NCBI GenBank assembly: GCA_013265495.1
Contig: MU058198.1
Span: forward strand, 756,419-820,418
Length of the DNA stretch: 64,000 bases
Origin: Vicugna vicugna
Lineage: Eukaryota
Direction: 5' to 3'
Shown: positions 13,497-25,574 of the stretch, piece by piece
Numbering within the stretch: the first letter of the stretch is position 1
Layout of the letters: each line of letters begins with the position of its first letter
Translations under genes and position numbers: made by a program
Notes under the pieces: model-generated
What the model saw: only the letters and a program-made list of their open reading frames with translations
What the model was told of the DNA's origin: nothing
The model's database searches: none

Positions 13497-15063
13497 GAAG
13501 CCCCTTCCTTTTTATTGTTGCCAAGTGTTCCACCACAGACCTCCAATAACGAGGGAATCCTTCACCCTGGTGATAAATAAACACATGTGAGTAACATAGG
13601 ACTGGCTTATTTATGGGTTTTAATGGTCTCAAACTCACTATGTGTCTGTCATCTGTGGAAAGATTTTATTTTAAAATTTGAATCCCCAGGGCATCATTCT
13701 CCTGAGAGTCTCATCTCCATGGTGAGAACAGGAGATGGGCGTTTTTTAAAGCCCCTGGGTGACATGCCCACTGATGAACTGGAATCAACTTTGCTACCTA
13801 CTGGTTGGATGTTCCAGGACCAATCATTAATCCCACCATGAGGACCCCACCCTTGTGACCTCATCTAACCCCAGTCACCTCCTAAAGTCTCTACCCACTA
13901 ATGCCACCTCATTGTGGGTACAGGCTTCAGCATATGGATTTGGGGGGTGGGGGGAATACAGTTCATAACAAGTAGTTCAAAGTGAAATGTGACACCTCCA
14001 GTCCTGTCTTGCTCTAATCCTGTTTCCCAGATGAAACCACTGTTGACAGTTCGGTGTGTGTCTTTTTCAGTGTTTTTTCCATTGTATATATGAACATTTA
14101 TGTATATTTATTGCACTTTTGGTAAATACTGGATATGTATTTTTCTAAACACTGGCTCACAGTCCACAGCCTGCCTCTTGCTTTTTCATATAGCATTGAG
14201 GATAGCCTTCCACATCAGCCCACGTAGATCTATTCTTAGAATTCGTGTTTTAAAGAAAACACACTTCTCATGTAGCTGGCGGGGAGGAATTTGGCCAAAC
14301 ATATTCTCATTCAGAATACTCCCAACCTAACGTGAGCCCCCGAGACAGCAGGACTGAAGAAGTTAGGAGTTCACTTGAGTTAGTGTTGACTTTTATTTCC
14401 TCAGCAAGTCCCAACAGTTTTTCCTTCTGCTTTCTCGTGAGTGTTGGTGTCCCCAGATTGTTGGTCAGCTTTGCAGCTTTCCTGACTTCCTCTTCCTCCT
14501 TTGCAGAGAGGGGTGTCTCCTGGAGCAGCTGTTCCAGGCAGGGGGCAGGGTGTACTTCCTCCCTTTGTGTGTGTCATTTAGCCATCTCTCTGGCTTTCCT
14601 CTGGGGACAGCCGCCCAACCAGGTGAGCCAGTGTCGTTGAAGGTAGGGCTTCCTCTCTCAGGCAGGGGCTGGTTGAATGGCTTCAGATATGGCCCAGGTA
14701 AAGAGGGATGGCACCTGGCACAGAGACAAGACCGACAGCTCAGTGTGAGTCCCATTTTCCTTGTGAAGGGTATGCTGCGTAGAGCTCCTCATCAAGACAG
14801 TTTTTAAAAATACTTTGCAAATTTTAGCACTATGAAGGCAGCCTAGCATAAAAGTTAAGCAAGCAGGGTCTATAATTAGATAATTCACTCACTGATATTC
14901 ATTCACTAGTATTTATGGAATACCTACTATGCAGCAGGTAGGCGTTGGTCTACATGCTGGACGTACTGCAGGGAATAAGACCAAGTCCCTTCCCTCATGG
15001 AGGTTGCACTCTTGCAATAAACTGTAAACAGATAAATATAAATATGTAATGTAATGTCAAGAA

Positions 15064-15450
15064 GTGTATCAGTTAGCTATTGTCACAGTAATGCTGCTTA
15101 ACAAACCATCCCCAAACTCAGTGGCTTTATATATCTTCCTCCCTTGTCTGCAGATCACCTATGTTTCAGCTGCTCTAGGCTGGGTTTGGCTACATTCGGC
15201 TTCAGGCTGTTGGGTTATACTCAATTTCGTTCTAGAGTCTGTCATTCTTCTGAGATCAGTAGGCTACCAGGGCTATGTTCTTTTTACAGCAGAGCTCAAA
15301 AGCCCTCAAAGGGATGGGTGAGTGAAACACACACAGTGAGTCTTGAGGGATGCTGGGAAAGGGTGCACGCTGCTTGCCCACACATTCCACTGGCCAAAGC
15401 AAGTCATGTGGCCAGGCCCAGCGTCAGTGGGGCTGAGAAGTATATTACAG
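15064..15450. mobile_element. MaLR (MLT1-type) solo LTR inside an L2 remnant (~14890-15870)
   Basis: Starts tgtatcagttagctattg; contains cacattccactggccaaagcaagtcatgtggccaggccca. L2-like sequence lies on both sides. Confidence 0.7.
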
Positions 15451-16772
15451 GCTGTACATTGTCTACTACAGATAAATATCATGAAGCAAAATATAGCCAA
15501 CTAAAGGGCTGGAGAATAACAGAGGTTACCAATTCAGCTGGTGGTTTTTGGTCAAGGAAAGCCTCTCTGAGAAGGTGTGATTTGAGCAGAGATATGAATG
15601 AAGTACATTCTAGGAAGAGGGAAAAGCACATGCAAAGGCCCGCAGGGGCAGGAGGTTACTGGGTGTATCTGAGGACCAACAAGAGCATCAATGTGGCTGA
15701 TTAAAGTGAGCCGGGGATGACGGAAAGAAGGGGAGAGAGTACTCAGGGATCAGATGCTGTTGAGTCAACTGTGAGCTCTCATCAGGATGATGGGACTTGA
15801 GATTTTTCAGTCTGACTCTGATGAGACGTGATCATAGGGCTTTCAGCAGAGGAGTGACACAGTCTGACTTACTTTTCATCATCCGCAGTGACTCCCCAGG
15901 GATCTCTGTCTCCTGGTATTTACTTTCCTGGGGAGTCCCTTCCCACAGATGTACCAGGGTAGAGGTGTGTGACCAGTAGAACGTGGCAGAATAATGGTGT
16001 GTTACTTCCAAGATTAGGTGATCAGACCCTGCTGTCCTAGTGTCTGTCTCTTGCATCATTCACTCTGGCGGAATCTGTCCTCATGGGGATAGTAACAGTG
16101 CTGCAGGGCCCCTTGTTCAGAGGTTTAAATGAGATGGTGCACGTCAAGTGCTCAGCACAGTGCCTGGCTAACTGTTAGCTCCCTGTTGACTTGATCTGAT
16201 CCATGCATTTTCTTCCCTAAGACTATACTCCTGACCATTTCCTGCTGGTTTAACTTAATTTAAAAAAAAAAAAAAATCCCTGGCAAAGAATATCCTCTCA
16301 AGGAAAATCCTGTTTTTCAAAATGTCCTTGAGCTCATCAGAAAGACCTTTGTCTGTGCCCAGCATGATTCCAGCCATACCCCAGAACGAAGGCGCCTGGC
16401 TTCCATCATCCGTTTGCAGGCTCAGGTCTCAGAGCAATTTTCAGGGCCACCCGGCAGGCCGAAATAGGCCACAGCACTATAAATAGTGAGTTTGGGCTGC
16501 TTGGGGCCCAGCTTCCCAGGCCAGGCCCTTCCCTTCCCCCTGCCTGGTCCTGTATTTATTTAAATATACTTTGGGTTTTATCGGCAAGGGGATTTTCCTT
16601 AATATGCCCCCAAAAGTGCTTGCCAACTTGCCAGACTGTCTGCAACACACCACACCACCCCCTTTTATTTGCTCACAACATACCCCAAATATGTGACAAA
16701 AGCTGATAAACCCGTTCCTGGGATTGTTGTGGGGAATAAATGAAAAAAAAAAACCCAAAAAACTGCATTTAG

Positions 16773-16919
16773 CAAGACTGGCTACACAATCTGCAGGGCC
16801 CCTTGTTCAGAGTTATTAAGAATTTCCGGATGGTGACCCAGAACATTAAAACAAGTGTGAAGCCCTTCGAAGCACAGGGCCTGTATGACTGCACAGGCAA
16901 GGCCCGGAGCCAGCCCTGC
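16773..16919. mobile_element. MER91-like hAT-Tip100 MITE
   Basis: ggctacacaatctgcagggccccttgttc...ttattaagaatttc...gcacagggcctgtatgactgcacagg...ccagccctg matches the recalled MER91 pattern. Confidence 0.7.
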
Positions 16920-17049
16920 ACAGGAGGCACCCAGCACCCTGCCTGGCAATTAGGACCGGCCAAGTTCCCAACTTCCCTAGAGACATTTTCTTCAAAGGGC
17001 TAACCAGTTTCCCTTCAAGGCAAAGCTTAGGGTAAATTGCACAGCTCCA

Positions 17050-17630
17050 CCTTAGTCCCTTCAGTGACTTAAAATCATAGCTGTTGATTATTTTTCATGC
17101 TTCTGTGGGTCAGCCGGGTTGTTCCTCTGCTAATTTCTCCCCGACTCACTTGTGTGACTGCATTCAGTCGGTGCATTCGGTGATAAATACTGCGTTCAGG
17201 AGTGTTGGCTGTGGGAGCCCCTGCACAGCTCCATCCCGGGGCTCAGGCTCCAGCCTCATCTGCACCCCCTGCAGTAAGCGCTTCTTGGCCTTGATTTGGT
17301 TTTCTGCCCCCTGGAAGAGCTCCTGGGCTGCACTAGAAGGTCCAGGGTGGCCTCATGCACAGGTCTGGGGCCTTGGTGCTGCCCCTGGCTGGGGCACTTC
17401 AGTTCTTCTCTGTGCAGCCTGTCATTCTCCAGTCCAGCTTCCTTACATTATGGAAGAAACATTCCAATGGGGCAGAAATGGAAGCTTCAAGACTTGTGGA
17501 GGCCTCGCCTCCGGAACCGGCACAGCCGCACTTCAATTACTTTACTGGTCAGAGCAGGCCCCGGGGCTCGCCCAGATTCCAGAGAGGGGGGATCAACTAC
17601 CCCACTTAATGAGGAGACTGGCAAAGGTTT
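17050..17630. mobile_element. MaLR (MLT1-type) LTR remnant
   Basis: cagtgacttaaaa, ttctgtgggtcagc, gcaaatggaagcttcaagacttg-like and ccagattccagagagg motifs. Confidence 0.6.
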
Positions 17631-17654
17631 CAAGGCAGGCAGGGATCCAGGGAC

Positions 17655-17830
17655 AACAGTTCTCAAATGTTAGCCTGAATCAGAGTTATCTGGAAGGCCG
17701 GATAACATACAGATTGCTGGGCCCCTAACCCCACTGTACCTGAGTCAGGAGGACCGGAGCGGGGCATTTCAAACTAGTTCTCAGATAAGGCTGATGCTAC
17801 CAGTTGGGGGCCGGCACTCTGGGAGCCAGT
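17655..17830. mobile_element. MER5A-like hAT MITE (further MER5-like copies at ~18455-18630, 19298-19460, 40370-40460, 57500-57680, 59610-59955)
   Basis: cagttctcaaatgttagcctgaatcagagttatctgg...acagattgctgggccc...gctgatgct. Confidence 0.75.
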
Positions 17831-18722
17831 GGTGGAGGGGCCGAGTGCCCACCCTTCAGAGCAGCGGCTCTCAACCTTGACTGCACCTTCAAAGGATCTG
17901 TGCAGTTGTAACCACGTATAAATGTCAGCTCTGGCATTAATGGTAAGGAAGAGTCAAAGCATTGTGCAATAAATAATATGGTCTGTGGCTTAGCAAACTT
18001 GGCTGTAATTTAATCCTATAAATCACTGGAAAGTTCATTGAATGCTTTTGCAACTTATTCATTCCCTGATTATGCGGGTAAACAAGTACCAGGAAAAGTT
18101 GGATGAACTTTATCTCAACTGTCATCACGGAACTGTTGGGGGAAATTCTGTTTTTTTTCCAAGTATGTATTGTGATGTGGCTTTATTATTAATGGGACTT
18201 AAGCAACATATGTGCGGCTTCCTGGGAGAAGGCCTTTCTAGAATTGCACTGGAAAGATCACCCCACCAAAAAGCAGCTGCCCTTCCTGAGTCAGACCCTG
18301 CCTCCTGACCGCACGCTAATGGGCCGAGCGGTCCTTCCTGACTCCGATTTTAAGGATTTACAGTAATCAACGTGGCATCGCATGAGTAAGCACCGAGACT
18401 GAGTTGTACAGTCTTGTAACATTAAGTTCATTCTTCACATTCTCTTCCATTAGGGCGAGTTTCCCAAACTTTTCAAATCATTAGGTCATCTGAGGTTCTT
18501 ACTAAACACACTGATGTCTTTTTCCAACCTCATGTGGACTGAATCAGAACCTCCAGGGCAAGAGCCTGGGATGCTTTTTTAAACAAATGCCCTAAGTGAT
18601 CTCAGTATCATCAGGTAGTTTAGGGAAACAGTCTTCAAACAATATTTATGAAATACACCCAGAGAGATGAAAGGGGCAATATGGGGAGCTGTGGGCCTCT
18701 AGTGCTCACTCAAGGGTAAGAG

Positions 18723-18960
18723 CAGGGGCTGGCAGACGAGAGCCTGTGGACCATGTCTGGCCCACTGTCTGTTTTTATAAAGTTTTATTGGAACACAGTC
18801 ATGCCCATGTTTTTAAACAAGTTGGCTCTGGCTGCTTATGTGCTGTAATGGTGGAGTTGAGTCATTGGGACAGAGACTCTATGGCCCATAAAGCCAAAAG
18901 ATATTTACTGTCTGACCTTTTACCAAAAAAAAAAAAAAAAAAAAAGTTTACTGACCGCTG
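18723..18960. mobile_element. MER58A-like hAT MITE
   Basis: caggggctggca...aaagttttattggaacacagtcatgccca...agtttactgaccgctg; degenerate terminal inverted repeats. Confidence 0.85.
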
Positions 18961-19119
18961 GATAAAAGATATGACCTCAGACCTGGGCACACTTGGAACT
19001 GGAAGTAGGGCCCTCGGTGATTATGAGTTCATAATAAAAAATAAACCAACGAGGAAGGGGGGAGTCAGTAAATACCACCAGCTGGAAGATCCAGGCCCCC
19101 AAGGGTATCAATTTGAGAC

Positions 19120-20785
19120 TATGAAATAAGTACGTTTAAGATGATTATAGAGATTTAGTAAAAAAAAAAAAATTTAAAGGGAATATAAACCTTGCTGAAA
19201 GAACAGGACAGTAAGAAAAAAAAAGGGGGGGATCAGATTTGAAAAAGAACAATGTACAACCTGTAGAAATGAAAACAATGCTGTGAGCGGGCTAAAGCAG
19301 TGCCTGTCTCACTTCAGTGAGCATCAGAGTCCCCTGGAGAATTGACTGAACCCGCGATTCCTGGGCCCCACTCTCTGTACAGTTCTGCCTTCATGTGTCT
19401 CAAGTGGAGCCTGTGAATTTGCATTTCTATCATGATCCCAGGTGATGCTGATACAGACCGTATTTTGGGTGTGAGTTAAATGGCGGATAGACACAGCTGG
19501 AGGAGTCATTAGTAAGCTGGGAGACAGATCTGGGAGACAGAATGCAGCAGAGAGAAAGAGATGGGGAGTGTGGGGAAGCACTGAGACAAAGAATGAGAAG
19601 GTCCAATGTAAGTCTAATACGAATTTGAGAGGTGACAATAGGATGAATCGGGGAGAGGTAACATTCCCACAGATACTGAATGAGAATATTCCAAAGTTGG
19701 GGAAACGTGAATCCTGAACTAGATAAATGAGGACAGAACTGCACCAAAGTGCTTCATGGTGAAACTGTGGAATGCCAAAAGCAAAGAAGCCTTAAAGCTA
19801 TCTTTAAGGAAGGATCACCTACAAAGGGAAAACAATGGTGCTAAGACTTCTAATCAGCTGTGGTATGTGCCAGCCAACAGCGCAGTGTATCATCATCTCA
19901 TCTTAAGGGAAAGTAACATTCCACCTCGAATTATATGCCCCACTAAATTATCATTCAGAGCAAGGGTAAATACATTTTAAGACACATCTTTCACTGAAAG
20001 ACCTACTAAATGAAATTCTTCCGTTAGAAGGAAGAGGAACCCATAAGGTAGAATGGGGGTGGGGGGCAAGAAACAACGGCGAATGAGGAAGCTGATAAGT
20101 CTGTAGGCACTGACTATTATTAACTCACAAATATAACACAAATCAACATGTAGACACAATGTAATATATGGTGCCCACAAATATACACATATGCTCATCA
20201 ACAGGGGAGAAACGAGGGGAAATGGAAATGTTAGACAACAGTCGTATGATAGTTGAGAGTAGGAGGACTGGAGTTAAGTGTTCTAAGTCCTTGTAATTGT
20301 TTGAGGGGAGGCTGGATAGATTCGTTTTCACTTTATGGTGTTTATCACGTTATTACAACACATTAAAGAAAATAGAATGTGAAATAACAAATCAGTAGAG
20401 GGAAAAATGGAATACAGAAAATCTAATGCAGTAGGAAGCGCAAAAGGGAAAAAAAGACATAGCAGCATGAAAGATTTTTAAAAAAGAAAAAGTGAGAGAG
20501 ATCCTACAGACATGTTACTAATCACAATAAAGGCACATAGAATAAGCTCTTCTCTGATTGTCAGACTGGATTAAAAAGAAATCTACCTCTATGCTAGAGA
20601 TACAAGCAGCACAAAAAATGACCGAGAAGAGCTGAAAGTCAAGAGATGGAAACAGATATACAACACACGTATCCACCAAAGGGAAACTGGATCGTGTGTT
20701 ATCAACATCAGATGAAACAGACTTTGAGACTAAAAACATTATTAGAGGTAGATGGATCCTTATTGATAAAGGAATAACTGTTACT
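19120..20785 (+). mobile_element. Ancient L1 5' region (ORF1 and ORF2 endonuclease remnants), interrupted by a MER5
   Basis: ORF1-like cctcgaattatatgccccactaaattatcattc; ORF2-start-like gactggattaaaaag...gaaagtcaagagatggaaacagatata...atcagatgaaacagacttt. Confidence 0.65.
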
Positions 20786-20888
20786 TTCTGTTGGATTAAA
20801 CTTTAAAAGAATACTATTCCCAACCCACGAAACTGAATTTACTACTCACTAGTGTGCTGTTACCCACTGTTTTTAAAATGCCACTCTA

Positions 20889-21817
20889 ATGGATACAACC
20901 CGTGTCCATCAGTAGATGAATGAGCAAAGAAGATGTGGTGTACATAGACCCTCGAAGACAACTCAGCTCTAAAAAAAAGGAAATCGTGCCATTTGTGACA
21001 ACATGGATGGACCTAGAGGTTATCATGCGAAGTGAAATAAGTCAGACAGAAGACAAATACTGTATGATTTCATTTCTATGTGGAATCTAAAAAACGAACA
21101 AATGAACATAACAAAATGGAAACAGAATCATAGTACAGAGAACAGAAAGGCAGTCCCCAGAGGGAAGGAGATTGTGGGGGGAGGAGAGACATAGGTGAGG
21201 GAGATAAAGAGGTAAAACCTTCCAGCTGCAAAATAAGTAAGTCAGGGGTGTGAAATGTACAGTATAGGGAACACAGTCAATAATTATGTAGCATCTTTGT
21301 ATGATGACAGGTCATAACAAGACTTACCAAGGTGATCATTATGAAATGCATGGAAATATGGAATCATTATGTTGGGTAACAGGAAATAACATAGTGTTGT
21401 AGGTTAACTATACTTCAAAAACAATCTCATAGAAAAATAGACCAGATTTGTGATCACCAGAGATGGGGCGTGGGGGGAGGGGGAGCTGAATAAAGGTGGC
21501 CAAAAGGTACAGACTTCTAGTTATAAGATAAATAAGTACAAGGGGTGTAATGTCCAATATGATAAGTATTAACACTACCCTATGTTATATATGAAAGTTG
21601 TTAAGAGAGTAAATCCTAAGAGTTCTCATCACAAGGAAAACATTTTTTTCTGTTTTAATTTTATATCTATTTGAGATGATGGATGTTCACTAATCTTACT
21701 GTGGTCATCAGTCCATGATGTATGTAAGTCAAATCATTATTCTGTACACCTTAAACGTATACAGTGCCGTATGTCAATGATATCTCAACAAAAGTGGAAG
21801 AAAAACATTTAAAAATA
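20889..21817 (+). mobile_element. L1 3' end (L1MA9-like) with 14-bp TSD
   Basis: L1 3' UTR motifs. TSD AAAATGCCACTCTA (20875-20888) / AAAATGCTGCTCTA (21818-21831). Confidence 0.88.
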
Positions 21818-23066
21818 AAAATGCTGCTCTAGAACACACTTGTAATCCTCCCTAAAAACCCCGAGTAACTCCTAAGAGGCATACTGTCATACCACAGATG
21901 AATATCTGTAACACTTGTACAATACCAGGAAATGTGTGCTTTCTGCAGGTTTTTATAATTAGTTCCTAAAGACAATAAGGAACACTCACAACCAAGCTGA
22001 AAGTCAGAATGAAACCAACTTGGTTTTGTTTTGCCAGAGATCAGAGAAGTCGCTAAGCCTATTTACAGAGAGAAAATGGAATTCATGAGAGAGTTGGGAA
22101 CTCTGAATATTTCAGTAGGTAATTAAAAGATATTTCACAAACATATACTTCCTTTTTGTTGGAATCTGCCTTCGGGATAATCATTAGGATGTCCAGCCAT
22201 GGCAAAGATGTGGTAAGAACCTCCTGAGGCATCTCACACATGCCTCACCTTACAAAGATTGAAGTTGGAGGTTTACTCTTGTGAGCGATGCTGAAGGGCT
22301 GTCCGCCGTGTTACTTCGCAGCATCTTAGCAGCAACTGAAATATGTTAAGTACCTTCCTCCAAAGCAATTAGAAAAACTCCAGGGAATCATCCAGAGAGG
22401 ATAGCTATTGCTATGTTTTTGTCTGTTTTGCCAAGAAGAGAGTTAAACAACCGAGCTAAGAGGAGTTCAAAAGCACAGATCCATGCGGGGTGATGTCAGA
22501 GGCGCAGGCAGCCTCCCTTCCTTCCCTGCCTGCCCACCGCTCACAGCCCCATCACCTCTCTCCAGCTGACCAGTGCCTAAAGTTACCCAACTATGAAATC
22601 CTTTATGTATTCAATAATTTGTAAACCCTTGGGAGAAGGCCCCACTTTCAATTTTATGCATCATTGGCTCTTCAGCCTCTTGGCTCCGTACCCTAACGGC
22701 GTGTCCTGAGCGGCTCCGTATCCTAAATTGTAGGAGGCAACCTCAGAGCTGAATTCAAACTATTCTCATTACTTTGTTAATTGAGTTAGGACATCGCTAA
22801 CACATTAAGGGCTTACAATGTGCCAGACAGTACCTCATCTTGTCTTCAGGCCAGCCCAGTGAAGGAAATATTTGCAGATGAGGAAATGGAGCCTCGGAGA
22901 GTTTTAAGCATCTTGCTGAAGGCTTCTCAGCTTGTAATTTGCAAAGCTGAGAGGCCGCTTCAGGCTTTCTGATCCAGAGTTGCCTTTCTTCACCAATATG
23001 CTACCCCATATTGGCTTTCATTGGAATCATATATAATTGGGAGAATTTGATTGGTTCATGGGCATT

Positions 23067-23298
23067 TTGGGGGGGGGGATTTTATTTCTGTTTTTTTCCC
23101 CCAGTTTTATTGAGCTATAACTGACATACAGCACTATATAAGTTTAAGGTGTGCAGTATAATGATTTGACTTACATACATCATGAAATGATGACCACAGT
23201 GAGTTTAGTGAACATCTGTCATCTCACAGAGATATAAAATTTTAAAAATAGAAAAAGGATATTTTTCCTCGTGATGAGAACTCTTAGGGCTTGCTCTC
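23067..23298 (-). mobile_element. Short L1 3' fragment with perfect 12-bp TSD
   Basis: TSD TTCATGGGCATT at 23055-23066 and 23299-23310. Body is the reverse complement of the L1 3' end seen at ~21600-21800. Confidence 0.88.
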
Positions 23299-25076
23299 TT
23301 CATGGGCATTCAAAAAAAAATCTATATCCACATACTGGCACCTTCTTCCTGGTCTTACCCAAGGTCAAGTTCATAGTAATGTGCATACTACTCAGTGTGC
23401 CTGTCTTAGAAGAGCAGATGGACTCCACGTGGTCATTTAAAGAAGTAAAAGTAGAAAGCCATGCATAAGGGAGCCTTTGTTTGCAACGAGATTGTTTATG
23501 TATTAAAACATTACACTGCACTCTGTGGTATTTGCTGATTGGCACAACCACTGCCATTTAAACTGATTCCCTAATCATGACAATAATGACCGGGATTATC
23601 CCCCTTCAATGGGTGCATGCTTTCCCCAGGGCTCACAAAAGCATTCTCTAGGGATCCAGGCTTTCCTGGTAATGAGAAGTTAACTAACAAAGCTGCTATA
23701 TCCTGCACTGGTAAACAGCAGTCCTCAGTTTGAAATGAAGGAAATCAAGGGAAAAATAAGGGGTATCTTCCACACAGAGGAAGATCACCCTAACCTGGTC
23801 AGCAGAAAGAGAACCCTGAGAACAGCTGCAGGCTTCCAGGATGATGGGGAAATGAGTGTTTCTGTTTGTTGAATATTTAGGTAATTGAGAGTTCAAGGGA
23901 TTGTAGCAAAAATCCATCAATTATTTTGAAGTTAAAGAACTCTTGTTTGCCTCTCAGCAGCCGGTCACTTAAAATTTAAACACCTGTATTCCTAAAAAAA
24001 TAATATATATATGCTCATTGTAAACATCCCAAACAATTCAATCCAGAAAAATATGGAGTGAAAAGTGAAAGTTCCCACCCCTCACCAATTCCACTTTCTC
24101 CCGAGAGGAACTCACACTCCTTGTGTGTCCTTCCAAACTTTAAGAAAGAATTTGACTGTAATAAAACATAGTCAACTTGCTGAATATAATTATTGCTAAC
24201 CTTTCTTTAGTGATTCAGAAGATCCTTCAGGTTTATTCTCATTAAGAGTATCAGTCATCACAGTGCAGAAACGTGAGGAATTCTGTGTGTTTGAATCCTG
24301 ACAAACAGAAGACTCTGGGAAAGTTGTGGATAACCCTCTTTTTGGCCCCCCGGGAGGATTTGGGCTTGCTCAGACCACAGCTGATAACCTTCCTATCCGA
24401 GACAGAGATATTGAAGGTACCTGATCTTAATAAGACTTCAGGAAACACTGTAAAAACATTGGTTTATAATTTAAAAGATTTGGGGGGATTACCTTACGTT
24501 CTAAGACATAAATACAGGGTCACTTTTATTCTCTGAAATTTGTATAACTTTATAATTTATAGGTAGATACATATGCAGTACTTTGTATGTATATATAATT
24601 TAAAAAATATATATTTATAGACAAATTCTTTTAAGCAAGAGTAGCTTTCATTTATAAGTTCAGCTGGAAACAGGGAAACAGTCTTCATTTTGGAAAAACA
24701 ATTCACTTGTGTAGTTTTCTTAAAAGGGAGAGGAAGTAATAGGAAGAACTTTATTTTTCATGAGTTTCTCCAATTCTTCAGATTCTTCTTGGTGAATAGA
24801 GCTCTAGGGTGCATTGGATCAGTTTGCATAAAGAACCTAGGAACTTTCTAGAAGGGAAGGGATTGAGATCACCCCAACCCCAACATTTCTCCTTAAGATT
24901 CCTAGTTATAAAAACCCATGAGAGGACCCTTCTAGAAGACAGCTGAACTCTTGGGAAACTAATTCAGGAAGGGAAAAGGCTAAAGGATGTTCATGATGGC
25001 AAGTTTGTCAAGGCTTGGCTCCCTACCACTTTTAAGTGGTTATTCTTGCTTTAAAACTGAAAAAAAAAAAAAAAAG

Positions 25077-25273
25077 CAGTCATCTCTTGGTATCTGTGGG
25101 GGACTGGTTCCAGGACCTGGGCAAATACCAAAATGAGAGGAAGCTCAAGTCCCATAGTTGTCCCTCAGTATCTGGATTCACGTTCATGGGTCCAACCAAC
25201 CATGGACTGTGTAATACCGAATCGCAGAAGTGGACCCACGCAGTTCAAACCCATATTGCTCAAGGATCAACTG
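25077..25273. mobile_element. MER8-like Tigger MITE
   Basis: cagtcatctcttggtatctgtgggggactggttccaggacc...gcagttcaaacccatattgctcaaggatcaactg followed by TA. Confidence 0.8.
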
Positions 25274-25574
25274 TACTTCCATATTTCAGTGATGGATCTG
25301 GATCTGAATAGATTTGGCTGCTTGTTCCAAAATTCCTCAAAGGCAAGTCTCTTTGGATTTCCAATAGACCTGTAATGTAGTAACACCATCGCCACATTTA
25401 AAAAAATACTCTTTCAATCCAGCTGTGATGAGCATTTTTGGAAGTAACTCATATACTAAGTTGGAAGCAGTATTACATATGTTAGGATTTGATAATTAAG
25501 CTTTATTCACAATCTCTATACCTTATTTAGAAAATCAATACATTTTAACTTGAACCCCACTTTGGGAAGAATTG

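Larger units (their letters stand above)
12790..13535 (-). mobile_element. Old L1 3' end hosting two younger L1 insertions
   Basis: Host motifs (cagtaaaatttacccttttt, gtttgccttttcagaatgtcatacaaatg) continue across both inserts. Confidence 0.75.

Noticed and set aside
14480..14565. Two ACTTCCTC (ETS/PU.1-like) motifs; also isolated NF-kB-like GGGATTTTCC at 30326 and 57904
   Set aside because: Short isolated motifs are expected by chance in 64 kb.
15144..15704. 186-aa ORF
   Set aside because: Spans an MLT1/L2 junction; best explained as a chance open frame in repeats.
17084..17728. Longest ORF in the track (214 aa)
   Set aside because: Lies across MLT1 LTR and MER5 remnants, starts at TTG, has no recognisable domain or exon structure.
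22682..22726. 15-bp direct repeat with 30-bp period (similar small duplications at ~30202, 38119, 47342, 48813)
   Set aside because: Ordinary slippage duplications; only two units, no array structure.
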